Positions 16,950 through 24,620 of a stretch of 43,522 nt of DNA are shown here, one piece after another. Every line of letters starts with the position of its first letter. Position 1 is the first letter of the stretch. A program made the translations under genes and the position numbers. This DNA is from Acidobacteriota bacterium (GTDB lineage: Bacteria; Acidobacteriota; Vicinamibacteria; Vicinamibacterales; CAVVIG01), in the NCBI GenBank assembly GCA_046726355.1, contig JBKPAI010000164.1, positions 1 to 43,522 on the forward strand, read 5' to 3'. The notes beneath the pieces were generated by a model. It saw only the letters and a list, made by a program, of their open reading frames with translations. It was not told where the DNA came from and did not search any database.

Positions 16950-19232
16950 ATGAAGAGCAGGCTCATCGCCTTCGCTGCCGTCGGTCTTGTCAGCGTTGCC
17001 GCGGCCACCGGACCGAATGGCAAATGGTGGTGGGACTTCGGCGGCAATCCAGCCAACTCGCATTTCGTCGACCTCGATCAGATCAACAAGTCCAACGTGA
17101 ACCAGCTGGAAGTCGCCTGGTTTTATCCCTACGCCGCCACCGGCTTCAATCCCATCGTCATCGACGACGTGATGTACGTGCTGGGCCGAAACAGCTCGCT
17201 GATCGCGCTCGACGCCACGACAGGCAAGGAGATCTGGATCCACGAGCGTCTGAACGGGATTACGAGCCGCGGCGTCAACTACTGGCAGAGTCGCGCCGGG
17301 AAAGACAAGCGGCTGATCTTCGCCATCAACGGCTACATGCAGGCCATCGACGCGCGCAGCGGCGAGTCGATTCGGACGTTCGGCGACAACGGTCTCGTCG
17401 ATTTGCGACAAGGGCTGGCGCGGGCCGAGGGCACCGACCGGCGCGTGCAGTCGAGAACACCGGGGAAGATCTGGAAGAACCTCCTGATCATGGGGTCGGC
17501 GGCGGGCGAACAATGGGTAACGCCGCCGGGCGACATCCGCGCCTACGACGTCGTCACAGGCAAGCTCGCGTGGCAGTTTCACACCGTCCCCCTGCCGGGC
17601 GAGTTCGGCTACAACACGTGGCCGAAAGACGCCTACAAGTACGCTGGTGGAACGAACAACTGGGGAGAGATGTCGCTCGACCAGGAACGCGGCATCATCT
17701 ATATCCCGACCGGATCCGCCACGTACGATTTCTACGGCGCCGATCGGCACGGCGCGAACCTCTTCGCCAACTGTCTGCTCGCGATCGACGCGCGGACCGG
17801 GAAGCGGCTGTGGCATTTCCAGACGGTCCACCACGATCTCTGGGATCTGGACAACGTCTCCGCACCTCAACTCGTCACCGTTCAACACAACGGCGCGCGC
17901 GTCGACGCCGTCGCTCACGCCGGGAAGACCGGGTTTCTTTACGTCTTCAATCGCGTGACCGGTGAACCGCTCTGGCCGATCGAAGAGCGGCCGGTGCCGA
18001 AGAGCGACGTGCCCGGTGAAGAAGCCTGGCCCACGCAGCCCTTCCCGACAAAACCGCCGCCGTTCGCGAGACAGTCGTTCACCGTCGGCGACGTCAATCC
18101 GTGGCTGCTCGATCCCGACCAACTGGAAGTGATGACCGAGCGCGTCGCGAAAGCGCGCAACGAAGGGATCTTCACGCCACCGGCACTCGTGGACACCATC
18201 TCGATGCCGGGCAACCAGGGCGGATCGAACTGGGGCACGACTGCCGCCGATCCGAAGAAAGGACTCGTGTTCGTCGTCAACGTCAACGAGGTGGCGATTC
18301 TGAAGCTGGAAGACGTCAGGACGCGGATGGGCCGGCCGGGCAGCTTCGGTGCACAGGCCTACCAGAAGTACTGTCAGGCCTGCCACGGATCGGACCAGCC
18401 CGGTGCTCCGTCATCCTTCGCGCCGACGCTCGCTGACGTCACCAGTCGGCTTGGCGAGGACGCGATCCGCGCAGCCGTCACCGGCGGCAAAGGGACGATG
18501 CGTCCCGTTCCGGGCATCACCGACGCCGAGCTCAGCGCGGTGCTGGCGTTTCTCGCCGCGCCGACTCCCGAGGGCCGCGGCGCTGTTCCTCCGGGGCCGC
18601 CGCTGCCGCCCGGACCGGTGGTGGCTTCCGGCGGCGTGCCGCTGCCTCCGCCGCGGACGTTGGCGGAGCTCCCGCTGACGTACGCCGGCATTGGCGGCAC
18701 CGGCGGCAACATCCCGTACCCCGAGGGAGTCCAGGTGCCCGCGGTTCGCTACGTGTCTGAATACGGCGTGATGGCCTCGGCGACCAGTCCTCCGTACACG
18801 ACGCTGACTGCGTACGACCTCAACACCGGAACGATCAAGTGGCAGGTGCCGATAGGCGATGACCCGACGACATTGGCGCGCGGAGGTCCGCCCAACACCG
18901 GCGGCCTCGGCGCGCGCAACGGGATGATCGTGACGAGGAGCGGACTGGTGTTCGTGGCCGGCGGGGACGGCAAGGCGCGAGCGTACGACGAGGAGACCGG
19001 CCAGGTGCTGTGGACGGGCACGCTGCCGGGAAATTCGAGCGGCATTCCGGTCGGCTACGAAGCGAAGGGCCGCCAGTACATCGTGTTCTCGGCGCTGCCG
19101 CGGGGCGCCGGCGGAGGGCGCGGCGGCCGTGGAGCGGCAGCGGTTCCGGAGATGCCGCCGGACACGCCGCGCGGGTACATTGCGTTTGCCTTGGCGCAGC
19201 GGGAGAAGCCGACCAGCGGCCGGCCACGATGA
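16950..19232 (+). CDS. PQQ-dependent dehydrogenase (quinoprotein alcohol/sugar dehydrogenase beta-propeller) with a CxxCH cytochrome c domain.
   Basis: A signal peptide (MKSRLIAFAAVGLVSVAAA) is followed by PQQ-propeller W-motif blades (…LEVAWFYPY…, …YVLGRNSSLIALDATTGKEIW…). Heme-binding YCQACHG lies at protein position ~560 of 761, and two further propeller-like blades follow it. GAGGGG lies 3 nt upstream. The upstream 88 codons of the ORF are rejected. Confidence 0.88.
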   Translation: MKSRLIAFAAVGLVSVAAATGPNGKWWWDFGGNPANSHFVDLDQINKSNVNQLEVAWFYPYAATGFNPIVIDDVMYVLGRNSSLIALDATTGKEIWIHERLNGITSRGVNYWQSRAGKDKRLIFAINGYMQAIDARSGESIRTFGDNGLVDLRQGLARAEGTDRRVQSRTPGKIWKNLLIMGSAAGEQWVTPPGDIRAYDVVTGKLAWQFHTVPLPGEFGYNTWPKDAYKYAGGTNNWGEMSLDQERGIIYIPTGSATYDFYGADRHGANLFANCLLAIDARTGKRLWHFQTVHHDLWDLDNVSAPQLVTVQHNGARVDAVAHAGKTGFLYVFNRVTGEPLWPIEERPVPKSDVPGEEAWPTQPFPTKPPPFARQSFTVGDVNPWLLDPDQLEVMTERVAKARNEGIFTPPALVDTISMPGNQGGSNWGTTAADPKKGLVFVVNVNEVAILKLEDVRTRMGRPGSFGAQAYQKYCQACHGSDQPGAPSSFAPTLADVTSRLGEDAIRAAVTGGKGTMRPVPGITDAELSAVLAFLAAPTPEGRGAVPPGPPLPPGPVVASGGVPLPPPRTLAELPLTYAGIGGTGGNIPYPEGVQVPAVRYVSEYGVMASATSPPYTTLTAYDLNTGTIKWQVPIGDDPTTLARGGPPNTGGLGARNGMIVTRSGLVFVAGGDGKARAYDEETGQVLWTGTLPGNSSGIPVGYEAKGRQYIVFSALPRGAGGGRGGRGAAAVPEMPPDTPRGYIAFALAQREKPTSGRPR

Positions 19233-19325
19233 TTGCCATCTGATCGGAGGTTCCTCGGATCCCTCGTGAAAAATTTTCATCGCCGCATCCGGTCACAACC
19301 GGCATCGACGACAGCCGCGCAGCCC

Positions 19326-19359
19326 GGGGTCCCCACGGCGCGGACTGTGCGTCGTGGGG
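19326..19359. repeat. GC hairpin GGGGTCCCCACGG-CGCGGACTGTGCGT-CGTGGGG, 7 bp upstream of the AAGGAGG ribosome-binding site of the 19380 gene. The same core occurs at 33855..33888.
   Basis: Read directly. There are 2 mismatches between the two copies over 34 nt. Confidence 0.8.
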
Positions 19360-19379
19360 TGGCAGCAAGGAGGTCCGCG

Positions 19380-22300
19380 ATGGGAAGCGTGCGGTGGTCA
19401 CGGCTGGTCGTTATCGGGTTGCTTTGTCTCGGCAGCGCGCATCACGCGTCTGCCCAGGGAACCGGGACGCTCACCGGCACGGTCATCGACAGCATCGGCG
19501 CAGCGCTTCCCGGCGCAACCGTCAGCGCGAAAGAAGCCAACACCGGCTCGGTCCGAACGGCGGTCTCGAACGAAGCCGGGTTGTTTCGACTCGCCGCCTT
19601 GAACCCCGGCCGCTATTCGATCAGCGTGGAGCTCGCCAGCTTTCGAACCCTCGAGATCGCGGATGTCGCTCTGTTGAGCGCGGAGACGCGCGATCTCGGC
19701 AGGCTGACATTGGAGATTGGCGGCGTCACGGAGAGCGTTTCCGTGACATCCGACATCACGCCGGTGCAGCTGGCAGACAGCTCACGGCGAAGCACGTTGA
19801 CGGTGGACGATCTCGCGAACATCCAGACCAAGGGGCGCGATGTGTTCGGCCTCATGGCCATCCTGCCGGGGGTCCAGGACACCAACCTGAATCGCGACTT
19901 CGCGCAGTGGCGATCGGCGATTTCGATCACGATCAACGGCGCGCCGTCGCAGAACAAGGACGTGCGGGTCGACGGCCTCAACATCGTCGACGAAGGCGGC
20001 TGCGGCACCGCCTTCGTCAACCTGAACATGGACGCGATCGGCGAAGTCCAGGTCATCGCCAACGGGTACACCGCTGAAAACGGGCGGAACAACGGAGGCC
20101 TGATCAGTATCGTCACCAAGTCGGGCACGAGCTCCTTGAAGGGCTCGGCCTGGTACAACGGCCGGCGCGACCGCTTCAACTCGAACGACTACTTCCGCAA
20201 GGCATCGGGGCAGCCGAAGCCGCTCTACCGCGTCAACATTTCCGGCTACGGCGTGGGGGGGCCGGTCGTCATCCCGGGCCTCATCGACAGCCGCAGCGGC
20301 AAAGCCGGAAGCAGAAAGCTCTATTTCTTTGTCTCGCAGGAATACACCGACGATGCGCGGCCGACCACGACGAGCCGCGCGAACATGCCGACCGCGCTGG
20401 AAAAGATGGGGGACTTCTCCCAGACGCGCATCACCAACGGGACCATCCAGCCGATTATCGATCCACTCACCGGACTGCCGTTCCCCGGGAACGTGATCCC
20501 GCCAGGCCGCATCAACCCGCTCGGGCAGCAAATGTTGAACCTGCTGCCGACCGCCAACGGGATCCTCGACCCACGCCCCGGCCAGGAGTGGACGTCGAAT
20601 TCAACCTACGATCTGACGCCGCTGCACGGCCGCACCAACAACGTCGTGCGCATGGACGCGGTGATGACCGAGAAGACGCGCACGGCATTCCGGTTCGTCA
20701 AGGACCGTGACGATGACTGGAGCTGGAACAGAATCACGCCGGGCACCGGGTTCGTGAACCAGAACACGCCGGGCCTGTTGGGATCGGCCACCGTCACGCA
20801 GGTGCTCACGTCGAACGTGGTCAACGAGATGAACTTCGGCTACACGCACAACCGCTGGGGCCACAAGGCGGCGGACGACTTCGATTACAGGACCTTGTAT
20901 GCGGCGACGCTCGGCATCAATGCGCCGAGAATCGAGCCGTTCGGCGCCTACTCCGATCCACCCCACCTCTCGGGGTTCGGCGGGGCCCAGACCGACGAGT
21001 GGCCGTACGCGCCGCGATTCAGTACGACCGGCGGCAACCGCGCGAACCTGGGCAACTATCGCGTGGCGAACGGCAGCATCCAATCGGCGGATGAACCGAT
21101 CCCGAAGCTGAATATCAGCGCCCGTGCGTCCTTCGGCGACGATTTGTCGGTCACGACAGGCCGCCACAACATCAAGATGGGCGCCTATTTCGAGTACGAC
21201 AAGAAGACCGAGCCGGGCTCGCCCGACTACATGGGGAACTTCAATTTCGGCCACGACGCGAACAATCCGCTCAGCACCGGCAACGGCTACGCGAACATGC
21301 TGCTCGGCGTGTTCACGACCTATACCGAGCTGACCAACCGCATCGACCGGGACGTCCGGCACTGGCAGATCGACAGCTATCTCCAGGACAACTGGCGAGC
21401 GACGCCGCGCTGGACGTTCGACTACGGCGTGCGGCTGCAGCACAGCGGGTCGGACTTCGAAGTCAACGACATGAACAGCGGCTTTTTCGCCGACCAGTGG
21501 GATCGGACGCAGGCCGCGCGTGTGTACCGACTGGTCTGCATGGATGGCCGTCCCGGCGATCAGGCCTGTCCGGCGAATCTCCAGCGGACGATCGATCCGG
21601 CCTATCCGACCGTCTTCCTTCCCTCGGCATTCAACGGCAACATCGTCCAGGGCACGGGCAACCAGATCAACGGCATCCGGACCGGCGGCATCCCCGGCCG
21701 GAAGGTCGGCACGTACTTCACGTTTCCGGGGCTCAAGGCGGCGCCGCGCGTCGGCTTTGCCTGGAACATGTTTGGCGACGGCAAGACCGCGCTGCGCGGG
21801 TCGGCAGGCATCTTCTACAACTTCCCGCGATCGACGGGCACGGGCGGTTATGCGTTCGCATCGGCGAACTGCCCGATCTCCTGCAGCAATCAGATTCGCT
21901 GGGCGACCTTCGATGATGTCTCGAACGCCGCCGCGCTCGGGACCAGAATCGTGCAGAATCCGGTGACCGTGAATCTGGCCGACTACCAGCAGAATCTCGC
22001 CAAGTCGTACAACGTCAACCTGGCGTTTCAGAAAGACATCGGCTTCAGCACGGTCGCGGAAGTCGCGTATGTCGGGAATTTCGCGCGCGAGCCGGGCCGG
22101 CTGGTCGATGTCAACCGCCTGCCCGTCAACGTCTATGGCAACCCTGCCAACCTGGTGAACAACGCGCCGGTCAACGCGAACTCCCTCAGACAGGTGTATG
22201 GAAAATATCCCGGCATGGGATCGGTGATGGCGTTCGTTCCCGATCTCTACCCGGAGTCGCTGCGCTATAACGCAATGCAGCTCAATGTCGTACGCCGCTT

Positions 22301-23120
22301 GTCGAAGGGCCTGCAGATGGGCATGGCGTACACGCTTTCCAAGGCCGAGGGCTATACACCCTCGAACACGTTTGGCATCGGGTACGATCCCTTCACCGAC
22401 GAGCTCGGTGGCGAGCAAGCCATCAAGGCACGCTACTGGGGGCCGACGACCGACGATCGCCGGCACAATCTGGTCGTCAATTACAGCTACAACATTCCGT
22501 CCCTGATCGTCAGACCGGTCCTGACGCACGTGCTGAGCAACTGGCAGGTGTCGGGCGTGACAAGGCTCCTGAGCGGCCAGGCGGTGACACCAAGCTGTAT
22601 CTCGAACAACAGCGGCATCGGCAACACCAACCCGTCGCTCACCGACGGCTTCTTCAACACCAGCCAGCTGCTGACGGCACGGTGCGAGTTGACCGGCGAA
22701 CCGATCTTCAGCGGCTATACGGTGGACAGAAGTCTTCCGTTCGCGGACCAGCCGCATTTCAATCTGGCTGCGTTCCGCATGCCGCAGCCCAATGGAAGCG
22801 CCGGCAACTTCGGCAACACGCCGATCGGGATCCTCCGCAACCCGACGTGGCACGAGTGGGACCTGACGCTCTCGCGGCGCTTCCCGGTCACCATGCGCGG
22901 ACGCAAGAACGCCGGCATCAGGCTGCAGCTGCAGGCATACAACGTGTTCAACGAGGTGCAGTTCACGACGCTGAACGCAGCGTTCACCTTCACCGGCCCG
23001 AACAACTCGGTGAACACCAACGCCAACACCGGGAAGTACGTCGCCACCGGCGGCAGCAACCTGGCAGCCGGGACGATACAGCCGCGGACGATGGGGTTGA
23101 CCGTGCGGTTCGACTGGTAG
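19380..23120 (+). CDS. Large (1246-aa) TonB-dependent receptor-like outer-membrane protein with a CarboxypepD_reg N-domain.
   Basis: A signal peptide (MGSVRWSRLVVIGLLCLGSAHHASAQ) is followed by TGTLTGTVIDSIGAALPGATVSAKEANTGSVRTAVSNEAGLFRLAALNPGRYSISVELASF. A long barrel follows, ending in a terminal aromatic (…RFDW). AAGGAGG lies 6 nt upstream of the ATG. Confidence 0.88.
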   Translation: MGSVRWSRLVVIGLLCLGSAHHASAQGTGTLTGTVIDSIGAALPGATVSAKEANTGSVRTAVSNEAGLFRLAALNPGRYSISVELASFRTLEIADVALLSAETRDLGRLTLEIGGVTESVSVTSDITPVQLADSSRRSTLTVDDLANIQTKGRDVFGLMAILPGVQDTNLNRDFAQWRSAISITINGAPSQNKDVRVDGLNIVDEGGCGTAFVNLNMDAIGEVQVIANGYTAENGRNNGGLISIVTKSGTSSLKGSAWYNGRRDRFNSNDYFRKASGQPKPLYRVNISGYGVGGPVVIPGLIDSRSGKAGSRKLYFFVSQEYTDDARPTTTSRANMPTALEKMGDFSQTRITNGTIQPIIDPLTGLPFPGNVIPPGRINPLGQQMLNLLPTANGILDPRPGQEWTSNSTYDLTPLHGRTNNVVRMDAVMTEKTRTAFRFVKDRDDDWSWNRITPGTGFVNQNTPGLLGSATVTQVLTSNVVNEMNFGYTHNRWGHKAADDFDYRTLYAATLGINAPRIEPFGAYSDPPHLSGFGGAQTDEWPYAPRFSTTGGNRANLGNYRVANGSIQSADEPIPKLNISARASFGDDLSVTTGRHNIKMGAYFEYDKKTEPGSPDYMGNFNFGHDANNPLSTGNGYANMLLGVFTTYTELTNRIDRDVRHWQIDSYLQDNWRATPRWTFDYGVRLQHSGSDFEVNDMNSGFFADQWDRTQAARVYRLVCMDGRPGDQACPANLQRTIDPAYPTVFLPSAFNGNIVQGTGNQINGIRTGGIPGRKVGTYFTFPGLKAAPRVGFAWNMFGDGKTALRGSAGIFYNFPRSTGTGGYAFASANCPISCSNQIRWATFDDVSNAAALGTRIVQNPVTVNLADYQQNLAKSYNVNLAFQKDIGFSTVAEVAYVGNFAREPGRLVDVNRLPVNVYGNPANLVNNAPVNANSLRQVYGKYPGMGSVMAFVPDLYPESLRYNAMQLNVVRRLSKGLQMGMAYTLSKAEGYTPSNTFGIGYDPFTDELGGEQAIKARYWGPTTDDRRHNLVVNYSYNIPSLIVRPVLTHVLSNWQVSGVTRLLSGQAVTPSCISNNSGIGNTNPSLTDGFFNTSQLLTARCELTGEPIFSGYTVDRSLPFADQPHFNLAAFRMPQPNGSAGNFGNTPIGILRNPTWHEWDLTLSRRFPVTMRGRKNAGIRLQLQAYNVFNEVQFTTLNAAFTFTGPNNSVNTNANTGKYVATGGSNLAAGTIQPRTMGLTVRFDW

Positions 23121-23147
23121 CCGAGGTTTCCGCCAGGCACGCGGACG

Positions 23148-23219
23148 ATCAACGCAGAACTCGCGGAACACGCAGAACGGATGATCCTTCTCTGCGAGTT
23201 CGGCGGTCTCTGCGTTGAT
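23148..23219. terminator. Long imperfect hairpin (ATCAACGCAGA … TCTGCGTTGAT outer stem) 28 bp after the stop of the 19380..23120 gene.
   Basis: 11-bp perfect outer stem with partially complementary inner arms. Read directly. Confidence 0.4.
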
Positions 23220-23288
23220 TGTCGTGTCTGTCGTTGACGTCGAAACGATTTCGTGCGACGTGATGTTGGAACTTTTGAGACGACCTGG

Positions 23289-24467
23289 ATGCCCGCGTCC
23301 TGGCTTCTCCTGACCCTGCTCTTCTCCTGCGAGACAGGTGCACAACCCACCGATCCCGCAGCGCACATCCGCGCCGCGGCCCAGGCCGCGCGCGAGGGAC
23401 GGTTCGACGACGCGGTCACAGAACTTCACCAGGCGACCGATCTGGCGCCGGGGCTGCCGGCTGGCTGGTACGCACTCGGGCAGGCGTACAACGACATCTC
23501 AAATGAGGCAGTCGCCAGCTTCGATACTCCGCACGAGTCGTCGTGGCGGCAACTGATCGCGGCGGACGCCCTGTTCGCCCGCGGCCGGCTGACCGACGCG
23601 TTCACGCTGTATCGCCAGGCCCTCGAGCGGCTGCCGTCGATGATCAGCGTCCACGAGTCGATCGCGCGGATTTACGAACAGGCCGGGCACGCCGACTGGG
23701 CCGAACGCGAGCGCGATGCTGCCGCCGGCTCGACAGTCGACTGCGCCGCGCGCCGCGCGCTGTGCGAGTTTCGCGCCGGCCAGCATGCGGCGGCGCTCCG
23801 GGCGGCCTCTGCGCAAGCCGATCCCGAATCGCGATACTGGCGGGCGCGCGCGGCCGCGGAGCTCTCGCGTGCCGCGTTCGCGCGCCTCGACGCGCTGCCC
23901 GATTCAGCGGAGCGGCGGGGCGTGCGCGCCGCGCGGGCGCGCGCCGAGGAGCGGCATCTCGACGCGATCGCCGAGCTCGAGGCGGCGCTGACATTCGCGC
24001 CCGGCGACCCGGCGCTCCTGTACGATCTTGCGTCCTCGTACTACGCCGCCCGCGACTACGATCGGGTGCTGGGGACTCTCACGCCCCTGCTCCGCGCCCA
24101 TCCGGATGATCCGCGGCTGCTCAAGTTGATCGGCTACTCGCTGCTCCGGCTGCGGCGGCTCGACGAGGCGCTGCCTGCCCTTCGCCGCACGGTTGAACGT
24201 GATTCATCGGATCCGGGATCGCGGCTCGCACTGGGGCGTGCGTACCTGCAGAACGGCGAGTTCACCCGGGCGATTCCGTTGATCGAGGCGCACCTGGCAG
24301 ACGATGAGGACGGCAGCCTCCATGTCCAGCTTGCGCGGGCGTACGGGCGACTGGGAGAGCGAGACAAGGCCGCGCGATTGCTCGAGAGGTCCCAGGAACT
24401 GCAGCGTGCCGCCGACGAGCGGATCGAGGCGGCCGCGCGGCGGACGATCACGCCGCCCCAGGAATAA
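23289..24467 (+). CDS. Secreted tetratricopeptide-repeat (TPR) protein.
   Basis: A signal peptide (MPASWLLLTLLFSCETGAQ) is followed by multiple TPR-like helical pairs. No SD was seen; an alternative GTG start at 23253 is listed by the ORF track. Confidence 0.75.
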   Translation: MPASWLLLTLLFSCETGAQPTDPAAHIRAAAQAAREGRFDDAVTELHQATDLAPGLPAGWYALGQAYNDISNEAVASFDTPHESSWRQLIAADALFARGRLTDAFTLYRQALERLPSMISVHESIARIYEQAGHADWAERERDAAAGSTVDCAARRALCEFRAGQHAAALRAASAQADPESRYWRARAAAELSRAAFARLDALPDSAERRGVRAARARAEERHLDAIAELEAALTFAPGDPALLYDLASSYYAARDYDRVLGTLTPLLRAHPDDPRLLKLIGYSLLRLRRLDEALPALRRTVERDSSDPGSRLALGRAYLQNGEFTRAIPLIEAHLADDEDGSLHVQLARAYGRLGERDKAARLLERSQELQRAADERIEAAARRTITPPQE

Positions 24468-24471
24468 ATGA

Positions 24472-24620
24472 GATTGTTGATTGCTGATTGCTGATTGCTG
24501 ATTGTCGATGACTGATTGTTGATTGTGGAGTGGCTGATCAGCGACGCGATCACATCCAGCGATGATCAATCTGCAATCAGCAATCAATCAGCAATCAGCA
24601 ATCTACAATCAGCAATCTCA
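24472..24620. repeat. 149-bp palindrome made of about 9 direct GATTGCT-type heptads, a central spacer, and about 8 inverted CAGCAAT heptads. It fills the whole gap between two convergent stop codons.
   Basis: Read directly. The left arm is 24472..24535 and the right arm 24562..24620. It starts 4 nt after the TAA of the TPR gene, and its right end includes the stop codon of the minus-strand gene. Confidence 0.85.

Noticed and set aside
20601-23429. 942-aa minus-strand ORF, the largest of many long reverse-strand ORFs.
   Set aside because: It lies entirely antisense to the well-supported TonB-receptor-like gene. Its translation is Arg/Ala/Gly/Val-rich with no recognisable motifs, the typical antisense shadow in high-GC DNA. 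The same applies to the following ORFs: 457..1758, 2458..3552, 4510..5742, 9333..10262, 10247..11893, 10721..11350, 10851..11711, 12173..13522, 16896..18386, 18411..19280, 19782..20531, 25474..26349, 29824..31119, 31316..32797, 32287..33636, 36636..37307, 37136..37912, 37353..38282, 38264..39124 and 40112..41089.
24472-24620. Possible CRISPR array, suggested by regularly spaced short repeats.
   Set aside because: The repeat unit is 7 bp with no spacers. The two halves are inverted, not direct, and no cas genes are present. The same holds for 31224..31337 and 5834..5940.
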